Source: an uncultured Bacillota bacterium (GTDB lineage: Bacteria > Sysuimicrobiota > Sysuimicrobiia > Sysuimicrobiales > Segetimicrobiaceae). Taken from it: a stretch of 64,000 nucleotides of DNA. Position 1 is the first letter of the stretch. The number at the start of each line of letters is the position of its first letter. The notes beneath the pieces were generated by a model that ran no database searches, was not told the origin of the DNA, and was given only the letters and a program-made list of their open reading frames with translations. A program made the position numbers and the translations under genes. The stretch is from NCBI GenBank assembly GCA_963804645.1, contig CAWDRG010000017.1, positions 320,001 through 384,000 on the forward strand, read 5' to 3'. This document shows, piece by piece, positions 10,146 through 20,380 of this stretch.

Positions 10146-11309
10146 CTAGTTTCCCTTGCAGAAGGCCGTGTTCGCCACCGCGGCCGTGCAGATCTTGTCC
10201 TTTGTCAGGAACCCGTCGTCCACGATTGTCTGTTGCATGTTCGCCGCGGTGACGAGCGTTTCCGTCGCAAGGTAAGTGGGCACGCCCTCGGGGTAGTACG
10301 CATTGAGGAACCTCGCGTTGATGTAGCCCGTGCTCTGCGGCGTCTTCCCCTGGATCGCCGCGATGACGAGCGCGACGGTCGCGAGCGCCGTCTGCCTGCC
10401 GTCCGGGTGGAACGTGCCGTATTGGTACCCGAGCAGGATCCGCTGGAGCGCAAGGACGTCACCGTCGTGCCCGCCGTAGAACTTCACCTTGCCGAGCAGG
10501 TTTTGACTCGCCAGCGAGGCGGCGACGCCATTTCCCGTGCTGTCCTGCATCACTAGGACGGCGTCGACGTTGCCGCCGTTCGTCGTCAGACACTGGTCCA
10601 TCTCGGCCTGTGCGGACGCCGGGACGAACCCCTTCGTGTCCGTCTTGCACACGATCTGCACCTGCCCACTGCTGACCAATGCATTCAGTGCCGGGCTGAT
10701 GCCATTGGTCCAGCGGTTGTACACCTCGAAGGTCGGGTCCCCGAGGATCTCCGCGAGCCGGACCGGTTTGTGCCCCACATCCGCCGTCAGGTGCGCCGTG
10801 AGGTAGTCCCCCCAGAACTTCCCGACGCCCTCGAAGTCGACCCATACGTAGCTGTTGACTGGCCCGCCGATCGGGTCCTGGCGCAGTGCAATGACCGGGA
10901 TCTTGGCATCGGCGAACTCCTTGAGCGCGCCGCCGGCGGCCGTGGGCACGACGGGGCTGTAGACGACGGCCATCGCCTTGGCCGTGATGGCGGCCTCGAC
11001 CTGTGTTTGCTGCAGCGCCTGGTCGTTGTTGCCGACCTGCTGCACCAGCGTCACGCCCGGGAGGTACTGCTTGAACGCGGCCACCTCGGTGGGAATGGTG
11101 TAAAGTGGCCAGGCCGGCGTCGTCGTGTTCGGCCACAGCGCGTAGATCTTCCCGGTGATGTTGCGGTTCACAACCAGCGGCACCGGCGTCGTCGGACTCG
11201 TTCCCACGACGAGCTGCGGGCTCGTGGCGGGCGCGGCGCTCGAACTGTAGGCCGATGCGATGACCGCGGCGATTGCCACCAGCGCGAGCGCGATCTTCTG
11301 CCTGTTCAT
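10146..11309 (-). CDS. Sugar ABC transporter substrate-binding protein (XylF-like)
   Basis: Signal peptide MNRQKIALALVAIAAVIASA; GHDGDVLALQRILLGYQYGT resembles XylF; RBS GAAGGAGG upstream. Confidence 0.85.
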   Translation of the reverse strand: MNRQKIALALVAIAAVIASAYSSSAAPATSPQLVVGTSPTTPVPLVVNRNITGKIYALWPNTTTPAWPLYTIPTEVAAFKQYLPGVTLVQQVGNNDQALQQTQVEAAITAKAMAVVYSPVVPTAAGGALKEFADAKIPVIALRQDPIGGPVNSYVWVDFEGVGKFWGDYLTAHLTADVGHKPVRLAEILGDPTFEVYNRWTNGISPALNALVSSGQVQIVCKTDTKGFVPASAQAEMDQCLTTNGGNVDAVLVMQDSTGNGVAASLASQNLLGKVKFYGGHDGDVLALQRILLGYQYGTFHPDGRQTALATVALVIAAIQGKTPQSTGYINARFLNAYYPEGVPTYLATETLVTAANMQQTIVDDGFLTKDKICTAAVANTAFCKGN

Positions 11310-11725
11310 GGCCCGACCTCCTTCGGTTCTGATGGACCCTCGCGGATTGGCTGGCGGCTGCGCAATTCCGCTTTCCGCGTACCAACCGCTACTATGGACC
11401 CGGCGCGACCAGCGCGCCTTCATTCGCCTGCATCACGAGCGGTTCCTACCCCATCCTTAGCCGTGGCGGAAAGCCTTGTCGGAGGCCTACTTTGGCGATT
11501 CACCCCGCTTGCCGGTTTTACCGAATGAACCTTTTTATATTTCTGAGCGAACGAGGCCGAGCATCTGATGGCCCGCGCGGATAAATCCCTAAACAAGGGC
11601 GGAGACGATGAAACTAGTGGCACCAGTGACGAAAAAACGCATCCCCTAAACTCCTTTTCAAAGTGACATTCCGCACTCAATATGCCGCTGCGCGTTCATG
11701 ACGTAAATCCACAAAAGTCCAAATT

Positions 11726-11769
11726 TATTGCCTAATAGTCCAGGAAAAGCCATATTGCCCAATAGTCCA
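11726..11769. promoter_or_regulatory. Tandem 17-bp direct repeat, probable AraC operator
   Basis: TATTGCCTAATAGTCCA (11726-11742) and TATTGCCCAATAGTCCA (11753-11769) in the AT-rich gap upstream of the AraC gene. Confidence 0.65.
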
Positions 11770-11805
11770 CAACGCTCTATGATGACGATGGTCCTAATTT
11801 GAGAG

Positions 11806-12750
11806 GTGTCATGTTTGAATGACTTTCGCTCTGATCTTGCAAAAATAATCAATCGCTTCTCCCTTGGGGACGGGGCACATGAATCGCCCCTCCCTGGCAC
11901 ATATTGCTTGAAAGTATCTCGCCCCGGTCATCGCACGAGAGAAGTTTGGCGCGCATCATTATGTATCGTCGCTCAGGGATCTAAGGAAATCGTTCTGGGC
12001 CGCGAAGTCTACCGATGGGATCGGACTCATTACATTGCTACTGCGATTGATTTGCCGGTCACCAGTCGCGTCTCTTCGGCAACACCAGAGAAGCCGTTTT
12101 TATGCCTCAAAATCGATTTCAATTCGCTGACGCTAAGTGAGTTGGCTGCTCAGTTAGAAACGGACCCGAAGGAAACGGACAATCCTCTGCGCGCGGTGTT
12201 CATCGGAAAAACGAGTGATCAAATGCTCGAGGCTGCGATTCGCTTGGGGAAGCTTTTTCACGTTCCCGAGGACGCATCCGTGCTCGGGCCGTTAGTGATC
12301 AAAGAAATCCTCTACCATCTCTTGAAGGGAGCAGACGGACCGGCGATCCGGCAGTTCGTTCGCTCCGGAAGCAAAATGCACAAAATCGCTCAGGCAATTT
12401 ACAACTTAAGATCCGAACTCAGTGAAGATGTCGATGTGACCTCTTTAGCGAAAGCTGCGAAGATGAGCCGCGCTGCTTTCTTTGAACACTTTAAAAAGGT
12501 AACGGCAATGAGCCCAATTCAATATCAGAAACGCCTCCGTTTGCTGGAGGCAAGGCGTCTCCTGATACATGAAGGTGAAACAGCGGAAGGAGCAGCGTTT
12601 AAGGTCGGGTACAACAGTGCATCACAATTCAGTCGAGAGTATTCTCGAATGTTCGGAAGCTCTCCCTTGAGAGATGCGCTAAGATTTAAGAGGACTGGTG
12701 ATGCTCCTTCAAAGGTATTTGGACCTACATTCCGCACTTCCGTTCGATGA
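11806..12750 (+). CDS. AraC-family transcriptional regulator (YqhC-like)
   Basis: LCIVAQGSKE N-domain; MSPIQYQKRLRLLEAR; VGYNSASQFSREYSRMFG. Confidence 0.95.
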   Translation: MSCLNDFRSDLAKIINRFSLGDGAHESPLPGTYCLKVSRPGHRTREVWRASLCIVAQGSKEIVLGREVYRWDRTHYIATAIDLPVTSRVSSATPEKPFLCLKIDFNSLTLSELAAQLETDPKETDNPLRAVFIGKTSDQMLEAAIRLGKLFHVPEDASVLGPLVIKEILYHLLKGADGPAIRQFVRSGSKMHKIAQAIYNLRSELSEDVDVTSLAKAAKMSRAAFFEHFKKVTAMSPIQYQKRLRLLEARRLLIHEGETAEGAAFKVGYNSASQFSREYSRMFGSSPLRDALRFKRTGDAPSKVFGPTFRTSVR

Positions 12751-12953
12751 TCCAGGGCTGTGTACTGCGCGCGACGATGGTCAGATGCCCTGAGTCATTG
12801 ATCCGGAACCAGACGAGGCACCTTCGTCCCGAGCACGCGACCGATGTATGGTCGTCCCAAACCCGATGCCCGCTTTGCCGGCCGGTCGAACGCGCGGCGG
12901 CATCGCGCGATCTCCCCTACCGCATCGACGGTCGCGGCGGGCGCGACCAGCGG

Positions 12954-13601
12954 TCAGGCGCTCGGAAACAGCCGGTGCAGCTCGGCGACCTGCGCCGCCG
13001 TCAGGTACCGGGTCGCGTACCCTCGCAGCACGAAGAACAGCTTCGCGGTCTCCTCGAGTTCCTCGGCCGCGTACACCGCCTCGTCCAGGGACGGCGCGGA
13101 GACGACCGACCCGTGGTTGGCGAGGAGTACGGCGCGGTGCCCGTCCATGGCGGACTCGACGGCCTGCGCGAGCCCGCGGTCGCCCGGCGGATAGTAGGGC
13201 ACCAGCGGCAGCGTGCCGACGCGCATGATGTAGTAGGGCGTGATCGGCGGCAGCACGTCGGCCGGGTCTCTCTCCGCGAGGCAGGACAGTGCCACCGCGG
13301 AGGGCGAGTGGAGGTGCACCACGGCCCCGGCCGACGGACGCGCTCGGTACACCGAGAGATGGAGCACCGCCTCCTTGGAAGGCGGATCGCCGGACACCAG
13401 TTGGCCGTGCATGTCAAGCTTGGAGAGCGTTGTGGGGTCGAGCCGACCGAGACACGAGTTCGTCGGCGTGACGAGGTACCCGTCGCCGACCCGAACGCTC
13501 AGATTGCCGGAGCTGCCGGGCGCCAACCCGCGTCCGTAGAGGACCGCGCCCACCTGCGCGAGCTGCTGCCGCACCGCGTGTTCGCTGACGAGGGTCGTCA
13601 T
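12954..13601 (-). CDS. otnC: 3-oxo-tetronate 4-phosphate decarboxylase / class II aldolase
   Basis: GSSGNLS, TPTNSCLGRL, PSKE, VVHLHS, LANHG; translationally coupled to otnK. Confidence 0.85.
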   Translation of the reverse strand: MTTLVSEHAVRQQLAQVGAVLYGRGLAPGSSGNLSVRVGDGYLVTPTNSCLGRLDPTTLSKLDMHGQLVSGDPPSKEAVLHLSVYRARPSAGAVVHLHSPSAVALSCLAERDPADVLPPITPYYIMRVGTLPLVPYYPPGDRGLAQAVESAMDGHRAVLLANHGSVVSAPSLDEAVYAAEELEETAKLFFVLRGYATRYLTAAQVAELHRLFPSA

Positions 13602-14857
13602 CTCATCGTCTCCAGCGCCCGCAGAAAAAACTCGGGCGACCCAAAGTTGCCGGACTTCAGCGCCAAAGCAAGGGGGTGCGCCGCGATGCTCAACGTCCAC
13701 GGGACCCCCGTCTCGATCGGCGGCCCGATGCGGAGGGCGTCGATCCCGAGCGCCTGGACCACCGCGCCGGCCGTCTCCCCTCCCGCCACGACCATGCGGC
13801 GGACACCCAGGCCAACGAGGCCCTCAGCGATCATGGCGAATGCGCGTTCCACGAGCATCCCGGCGCGTTCACGGCCAATCGCCGCCTGCACCCGGGCCAC
13901 GGTCTCGGGCAGGGCGGTCGAGTAGATCAGGATCGCTCCCTGCCCCACGTGCTCCTCCGCCCACCGGACCGCCTGGGCCGCGACATCGGCTCCGGCCGCG
14001 AGCGCCATCGGATCAATGGCAAACGACGGCCACAGTCCGCGCGCCGCCAACACCTGGGCCAGCGTCGCCGCAGAGCAGCTCCCGGCGAGCACGGCGGCGC
14101 GACCGCCGGGGGATTCCAGCGCGGTGGCCGCCCCTTCGATGAGGTATCCCTGTCGGCGAAAATTGCGGGGCAGTGCTCTCGCCACCCCGGATCCCCCGGT
14201 GACGAGCCGCAGGTCGTCGCACGCCTCACCGATCGCATCCAGCATCGCGCCGTCGAGCGCGTCGACGACCGCGTACGCGGTCCCGGTGCGGCGCAACGAC
14301 TCTAGGACCCGGCGAATAGCGTCGGGGCCAGCGGCGACGGTCGCGTACGGGATTAGGCCCACCTTACGACGCGTCTGGCGCCCCATCACCCGCACCAGGT
14401 TGCTGTCGGTCATGGGCGTCAGCGGGTGGAACCGCATCGGCGAATCGGACAGGAGTGTCTCCCCGACAAACAGGTGCCCCTGGTACACGGTGCGCCCGTT
14501 CTCCGGAAACGCAGGACACACGACCGTCAGCGCCTCCTCGAGCGCGTCGAGCAGCGCGTCGGCGACGGGCCCGATGTTGCCAGCGTCGGTCGAGTCAAAC
14601 GTGGAACAGTACTTGAAGAAGTACTGACGCGCCCCCGCCGAGTCGAGCCAGCGCAGCGCTTCCAGCGACCGCGCCACCGCCTCGGTCGCCGGCGCGGTGC
14701 GCGTCTTCAGCGCGATCACGGCTGCATCCACATCCGGGGGCGGTGGCCCCGCCGGGGTGTTGATGAACTGGACCGTCCGCATGCCGCCGCGCGCAAGCGT
14801 GTCCGCGAGATCTGTCGCGCCCGTGAAGTCGTCGGCGATGCACCCCAGCAGGACCAC
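13598..14857 (-). CDS. otnK: 3-oxo-tetronate kinase (DUF1537 four-carbon acid sugar kinase)
   Basis: GCIADDFTGATDLA, FKYCSTFDST, GGETAGAV, LKSGNFG. Confidence 0.93.
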   Translation of the reverse strand: MVLLGCIADDFTGATDLADTLARGGMRTVQFINTPAGPPPPDVDAAVIALKTRTAPATEAVARSLEALRWLDSAGARQYFFKYCSTFDSTDAGNIGPVADALLDALEEALTVVCPAFPENGRTVYQGHLFVGETLLSDSPMRFHPLTPMTDSNLVRVMGRQTRRKVGLIPYATVAAGPDAIRRVLESLRRTGTAYAVVDALDGAMLDAIGEACDDLRLVTGGSGVARALPRNFRRQGYLIEGAATALESPGGRAAVLAGSCSAATLAQVLAARGLWPSFAIDPMALAAGADVAAQAVRWAEEHVGQGAILIYSTALPETVARVQAAIGRERAGMLVERAFAMIAEGLVGLGVRRMVVAGGETAGAVVQALGIDALRIGPPIETGVPWTLSIAAHPLALALKSGNFGSPEFFLRALETMR

Positions 14858-15003
14858 GGCGGCTTCTCGACCGCTAGGTCGCGCCCGCGCCTACCGATTG
14901 CGACGCGCGCGTCAGCGAGGGTCTCGGGCACGCCGGCGCGGGCACACCCGCGTGCCCCGCGAGTATCCAGCGCCGACCCCGGGAGGCCGCCGCCCCCACG
15001 TGT

Positions 15004-16185
15004 CTACCGTGCCGAGATTTCCGCATGGCTCCGCCCCACCGGGAAGACGTGTTCAATTACACCGTTGCGGATGCCGTAGATGTGTTCCTGCATGCTGATC
15101 ACGAGCGTCGCGTTGTTTGGCACGATCTCCAGCCGGTCCCCCACACGAAGCCGCTTGTCCGGGCCGATCGTCGGGTCCATGTAATGCACGCAGGCGCTCT
15201 CCGCGGCGAGACGGCCCATCCAGAGATCGGAACGGCCCTGCACCGCTCCGTAGCTCGGCATGCCGTTCCAAAACGCCCCCGGCAGTTCACGGAGTTGGAT
15301 GAGGGAGTCGGCGCCAAACGTCTTATAGCCCGCGTCGATCACGACGTACCGGGGATCGCTGGTGCTCATCACGCTGCACACGACTGCCGCGGCGCATGCG
15401 TCACGCGCGTTGACTTGCGCGCGCACGTGCCACATGTCGCCGACCGCGCAGTGCCCCGGGTGGATCTCTGTGATTTCGGAGAACAAGCCTTGTCGCAGCA
15501 ACGCGCAGGTATGACGCAGCGTCGGCGAGGAGCCGACGGAAACGTGCCGTGCGGGGAGGCCCGCGCTCGCGAACAGCCTCGCGGTCTCCGACATCATCGC
15601 CGCGACCTCTCGGGCGAGCACGGCCTGGCTCTCTAGGTTTGGCTGCCCGCCCGATTCGTGCGCGTAGACGCCCTCGAGCGCGATCCTGGGCAGGCGGGAG
15701 ACGCGCCGCGCCAAGTCGAGCGCGGGTTCTCCCGGACGAACGCCGAACCGGTCCCCACCCGTGTTGATCTTGAGCAGCACGGGGATCGTCGTGCCCGCGT
15801 CCTCTCCCACGCGGGAAATACCGAGCGCCTGCTCGAGCATGTCGACCAGCACCGTGACCTTCACGTCCGGCCGCTCGAGGAGCCGGCGAAGAATCCTCAG
15901 CTTCTGCTCGCCGTAGAACGGGTGGGCAACGACGATATCATTGATGCCCGCCTCGGCCATGCAGATCGCCCGGTCGACGGTACCGACCTCGATGCCGACG
16001 GCCCCGGCGGCGATCTGCATCTTGGCGATGTCGGGCGATTCGTGGATCTTCGTGTGGGGCCGCAACCGCACCCCGGCCTCGCGCGCGAGCTGTGACATCT
16101 CCGAGATGTTCGATTCGAGGACGTCCAGGTCCACAACGATGCTGGGCGTCGGAATGACCGCCTGCTCTACCAGTCCGGGCTTCAC
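15004..16185 (-). CDS. Fold-type III PLP enzyme (D-threonine aldolase / DSD1 D-serine dehydratase family)
   Basis: TPSIVVDL, LRPHTKIH (PLP Lys), GSSPT, DAGYKTF, LRVGDRLEIVPN. Confidence 0.88.
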   Translation of the reverse strand: MKPGLVEQAVIPTPSIVVDLDVLESNISEMSQLAREAGVRLRPHTKIHESPDIAKMQIAAGAVGIEVGTVDRAICMAEAGINDIVVAHPFYGEQKLRILRRLLERPDVKVTVLVDMLEQALGISRVGEDAGTTIPVLLKINTGGDRFGVRPGEPALDLARRVSRLPRIALEGVYAHESGGQPNLESQAVLAREVAAMMSETARLFASAGLPARHVSVGSSPTLRHTCALLRQGLFSEITEIHPGHCAVGDMWHVRAQVNARDACAAAVVCSVMSTSDPRYVVIDAGYKTFGADSLIQLRELPGAFWNGMPSYGAVQGRSDLWMGRLAAESACVHYMDPTIGPDKRLRVGDRLEIVPNNATLVISMQEHIYGIRNGVIEHVFPVGRSHAEISAR

Positions 16186-16281
16186 CGCTGCCCCTCCCTC
16201 ACCGTTGTGCCGTCCGAGCCCGACGCTTCGCCGACGCGGACGCGGTCCGGCCGCCGCACCGCGTCCGCGGCCGGGCGGCCG

Positions 16282-17058
16282 TCACTCGCGAATCCCCGCG
16301 AAGAGCAGACCGCCATCGATCCGCACCATGCACCCGGCCACGTACTGTGCGTCGCGCGAGGCGAGGAACGCCACGACCCCCGCGATGTCCTCAGGCGTTC
16401 CGAGCCGCCCCACGGGGATCCGCCGCACGCGTGCGGCGCGCGCGTCCTCGCTCAAGATGCCGTCCAGAAAGGGCGTGGCGATCGTCCCCGGCGCGATCCC
16501 GTTCACTCGGATGCCGACCGGCGCGAGCTCAAACGCCATGGCACGGGTGAGCGCCTCGATCCCGGCCTTGCTGGTCGCGTACACGGCCTGGGCGCTGTGC
16601 GCGATGTGCGCGGCGATGGAGCCCATATTGATGATGGTACCACCGCCGGACCGCACCATCCGGCGGGCTACCTCTTGGGAGGTAATGAACATCCCGGTCA
16701 GGTTCACCGCGAGGACGTTCTCCCAGGTCTCGTCGGTGAGGTCCAGAAACGGTTCGTGCACGCCGATCCCGGCGGTGTTGACGAGGATGGTAATCCTGCC
16801 CCACTCCGCGATGACGCGCTCCACCGCGGCCCGGACCTGCGGCCGGTACCGCACGTCGCACTGGACCGACAGCGCCCGGTGGCCGGCGCTGGTCAGCGCC
16901 GCAGCGGCGCGTTCGCCGGGTTCGGCATGGCGGTTCAGGATCGCCACCGCGGCGCCGTCGGCAGCGAGCCGCCGCGCGATCGCCTCCCCGATGGCCCCGC
17001 TGCCTCCCGTCACGACCGCAATCTCGCCCTCGAGCGTGCCCCTGCCACTCCCGCTCAT
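16282..17058 (-). CDS. SDR family oxidoreductase
   Basis: TGGSGAIG, YATSK, IRVNGIAPG. Confidence 0.95.
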   Translation of the reverse strand: MSGSGRGTLEGEIAVVTGGSGAIGEAIARRLAADGAAVAILNRHAEPGERAAAALTSAGHRALSVQCDVRYRPQVRAAVERVIAEWGRITILVNTAGIGVHEPFLDLTDETWENVLAVNLTGMFITSQEVARRMVRSGGGTIINMGSIAAHIAHSAQAVYATSKAGIEALTRAMAFELAPVGIRVNGIAPGTIATPFLDGILSEDARAARVRRIPVGRLGTPEDIAGVVAFLASRDAQYVAGCMVRIDGGLLFAGIRE

Positions 17059-17097
17059 TCGATGCCTCCTCTTGCCGTCCCGGGCCCGGACGGACGT

Positions 17098-17982
17098 CTA
17101 CCCAAACGCATAGGACGGCCGCCCCCTCGGGCCCGGTTGGCACACGAATAGTCCGCCAGCGGTTGGCTGCGCGGCCGCTTCGTCGGCCGTCAATCGATGC
17201 CGCGCGGTGGTGACGTACAACTTGTCCAATGCGGCGCCGCCGAATGCGCAGCTCGTCACCAGCGACACGGGAAACCTGATCTCCATGTCGATACGCCCGT
17301 CCGGGTCGTAACGTCGAACCCGACCGGCTCCGAACAGGGCGACCCATAGGTAACCTTCCGAATCGACCGTCATGCCATCGGGCAGCCCCTCCGCGGGTGG
17401 TATTGCCACAAATGTGCGGCGATTGCGCAGCGCGCCCCGGTCGGCATCGAAGTCGAACATATCGATGCGCTGCGTGACACTGTCGATGTAGTACATCCGG
17501 GTGTTGTCGGAGCTCCAATCGAGACCATTGGCAATGGTGAGCCCCGGGAGCTTCCTCGACACCCGAAGACGTCCGTCCGACCGTTCCAAACAATACAGCG
17601 ATCCGGCACCGCGGGTGTGATCGACGGCCTGGGTTCCCGCCCAGAATCGGCCGCGGCAATCGCACTTCCCGTCGTTCATGCGGTTCGCCGGCCGATCCTT
17701 CTCCACGTCGATGAGCTCGTCGATGCGGCCACGGTCTGAACGCAGGATGCCAAACCCGTCTCGCAGCGCCGCGACGAGACCGCCGTCGGCCCGCAGTCCG
17801 ACGGCGCTGATCGGCTGGCCGACGTCCGTAACGGTGTCGACGCCCGATGCCGGGTCGAACTCGTGCAGCGCGTTGCCGGCGATGTCGACCCAGAGCAGAT
17901 GCAACCGCTGGTGGTCCCACACCGGCCCTTCCCCGATCATCGCGCGGCTATTGAGAACCAACTCCACCTGAACCTGCGTCAC
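17098..17982 (-). CDS. SMP-30/gluconolactonase/LRE family lactonase
   Basis: GEGPVWD, RMNDGKCD, IANGLDWS, PDGMTVD; GTG start after purine-rich RBS. Confidence 0.93.
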   Translation of the reverse strand: MTQVQVELVLNSRAMIGEGPVWDHQRLHLLWVDIAGNALHEFDPASGVDTVTDVGQPISAVGLRADGGLVAALRDGFGILRSDRGRIDELIDVEKDRPANRMNDGKCDCRGRFWAGTQAVDHTRGAGSLYCLERSDGRLRVSRKLPGLTIANGLDWSSDNTRMYYIDSVTQRIDMFDFDADRGALRNRRTFVAIPPAEGLPDGMTVDSEGYLWVALFGAGRVRRYDPDGRIDMEIRFPVSLVTSCAFGGAALDKLYVTTARHRLTADEAAAQPTAGGLFVCQPGPRGRPSYAFG

Positions 17983-18313
17983 GGCGACCTCTTTCCCCCT
18001 GGTCTCGACGGTCCGTAGGACGGTCTCGCCACGGCGCCCCCGTCGGGCACGAACCGCACGAGGTGCCTGCGAGGCACCGCGCGGTCGACGGACGGAAACC
18101 GCGTGCGCGCGTCCTCCCCGCATCGCGGCGGGCGCGACGATCGGCAAGGCAGCGGGCCGCCCCACCCTCCCGGGCCGCTCGGCTGGAGCCTGCGGTCCAA
18201 CGCGCGGGGGGCCCGAGCGACGCCCCCTGCGGGAACCGGCGCGTGCGTGCGCCGACCGGGACGCTGGCCGTCGGCCGGCGTACGCGAGGCAGCACGGCAC
18301 GGCGCGGCCATCG

Positions 18314-20365
18314 TCAGCCGCCGGCCGCGAGCGGAAAATGACACGCGACGGTATGCCCGACGCCTGCCTCGGCGAGTTCGGGCGCCCGTTCCGCACAGAT
18401 GGCCTGCGCATACATACAGCGAGTGCGAAACCGGCACCCGGAGGGGGGGGCGCTCGGAGACGGCGGATCCCCGCGCAGCACGATGCGCTCACGAACCGGG
18501 CCGCCCGCGATGCTGGGAACCGACGAAAGGAGCGCCGCCGTGTACGGGTGCCGCGGCCGAGAGCACACCTCTTCGCTCGGGCCATATTCGACGATTTGGC
18601 CCAGAAACATGATCGCGACATCTGTACTGAGGTGGCGTACCACCCGCAGATCGTGGCTGATGAAGATCAGCGTGAGATGACGTTCGCTCTGCATGTCTCT
18701 CAGCAGATTGATCACCTGCGCTTGAACCGAGACGTCCAGCGCGGAGATTGGTTCGTCGGCCACAATGAGCTTGGGGTTTAGGATGAGCGCGCGGGCGATC
18801 CCCACGCGCTGACGCTGCCCTCCGGACAACTGGTGAGGGTAGCTGGCCTCAAAGCGTTGGCCCATGCCGACAAATTCCAACACTTCGCGCACGCGTTCCA
18901 CGCACTCGTCGTGCGGCACACCGAACGCCATCAGCGGCTCCCCAACGATGTCCCGCACGGGGCTCCGCGGATTCAGCGACGCGTACGGATCTTGGAAGAC
19001 AGGCTGCATGTTCCTGCGAAGCTGGCGAAGTTCTTCGCCGCCGATCCGGGTGATGTCTCGATCCATGAAGCGGATAGAGCCGGCGTCGACGTCGAGCAGA
19101 CGGAGAATGCAGCGTGCCAGCGTGCTCTTGCCGCACCCCGACTCCCCGGCCACGCCGAGCACTCGACCCTCGCGGACGAGCAACGACACATCGTCGAGGG
19201 CATGCACGTGCCCGGGCGGAAAGAAGGGCAGGAGACTTGGAATGAGGAAATGCCGTGTAACGTGCTCCAGGCTCACAATCACCGCTGATTTATCCTGGGG
19301 GGGCGCGTCGGCTGTTTCAAGAACCCCGTCGCTGCGCACCTCGACCGTGGCGGCGGTCGCCTCGACCGGCGCCGCCGGCAGCGACCCGTCTTTGGCGAGC
19401 CAGCAGGCAACCAAGGAATCGCCTAAGCGCTCCAGCGGCGGCTCGGCCGACCGGCACACGTCGGCTGCGTAGGGGCACCGCGGGTGGAACGGACAGCCCG
19501 TTGGGAGGCCGCCCACGGGAGGCGGCTCCCCCGGAATCGCCAGGAGTCTTGCCGACCTCGGCATGGTCGGAGACGGCATCGACTGCACCAGTGCCCGGGT
19601 GTACGGGTGCCGGGGTCGGGCCAGCAGAGCACGCGTCGGACCGACCTCCACGAACCGCCCGGCATACATGACGGCCACGGTCTCGCAGATCTCACCCACC
19701 ACCGCCAGGTCGTGGCTGATCAGGATGACCGCGACACCCAGCTCACGGTTCAGCCGGTCCAGCACCTCCAGGATCTGCGCTTGGACGGTCGCGTCCAGGG
19801 CCGTGGTTGGCTCGTCCGCGATCACAAGCGACGGCGCCGCAATGAGCGCGGTGGCGATGATGGCCCGCTGCCTCATCCCGCCGGAGAACTCGTGCGGGTA
19901 CCGCAGCACCGCGCGTTCGGGATCCGGCACGTCCAGCCGACGCAGCCCTTGTTCTGCCTGCGACGTCGCAGCCCGTTTCCGCGCCATGCGGTGCAGCAGG
20001 AGCGGCTCCCGCACCTGTGGCCCGATCCGCATGACGGGATTGAGCGACGTGAGCGAGTCCTGAAACACCATGCTGATTTGTCGACCGCGGAGTTCCGACA
20101 GGCGCTTCCTCGACACTTCGAGCAGGTTCTCGCCCCGAAAAAACACGCGGCCGCCGGTCACCCTGGCACCCGCCGGAAGCAACCTCGGAATCGCGGACAC
20201 GGTCATGGTCTTCCCCGACCCGGATTCTCCCACAATCCCCAACACTTCGCCCACGGCGAGCCGTAACGACACGCCGCGCACGACCTCGATGGGCCGCTCG
20301 ACGGTGCCAACCGCGACGTGGAGATCCTCGATCTCGAGAAGTGCTTCCGACCGTTCGCTGTTCAC
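18314..20365 (-). CDS. Peptide/nickel ABC transporter ATP-binding protein, fused OppD-OppF
   Basis: Two ABC domains (GESGSGKT, GESGCGKST), each with a C-terminal GCxFxxRC motif. Confidence 0.93.
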   Translation of the reverse strand: MNSERSEALLEIEDLHVAVGTVERPIEVVRGVSLRLAVGEVLGIVGESGSGKTMTVSAIPRLLPAGARVTGGRVFFRGENLLEVSRKRLSELRGRQISMVFQDSLTSLNPVMRIGPQVREPLLLHRMARKRAATSQAEQGLRRLDVPDPERAVLRYPHEFSGGMRQRAIIATALIAAPSLVIADEPTTALDATVQAQILEVLDRLNRELGVAVILISHDLAVVGEICETVAVMYAGRFVEVGPTRALLARPRHPYTRALVQSMPSPTMPRSARLLAIPGEPPPVGGLPTGCPFHPRCPYAADVCRSAEPPLERLGDSLVACWLAKDGSLPAAPVEATAATVEVRSDGVLETADAPPQDKSAVIVSLEHVTRHFLIPSLLPFFPPGHVHALDDVSLLVREGRVLGVAGESGCGKSTLARCILRLLDVDAGSIRFMDRDITRIGGEELRQLRRNMQPVFQDPYASLNPRSPVRDIVGEPLMAFGVPHDECVERVREVLEFVGMGQRFEASYPHQLSGGQRQRVGIARALILNPKLIVADEPISALDVSVQAQVINLLRDMQSERHLTLIFISHDLRVVRHLSTDVAIMFLGQIVEYGPSEEVCSRPRHPYTAALLSSVPSIAGGPVRERIVLRGDPPSPSAPPSGCRFRTRCMYAQAICAERAPELAEAGVGHTVACHFPLAAGG

Positions 20366-20380
20366 GGCGCCACCCGAAAC

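Noticed and set aside
12747..13925. 392-aa plus-strand ORF after AraC
   Set aside because: Antisense to otnC/otnK, which carry clear family motifs
17983..18313. Very GC-rich spacer and long N-terminal extension of the lactonase ORF
   Set aside because: Low-complexity Arg/Pro/Ala translation; a good RBS and GTG at 17982 explain the gene
18314..20365. Fused OppD-OppF ATPase as a novelty
   Set aside because: This fusion is common in peptide/nickel ABC systems
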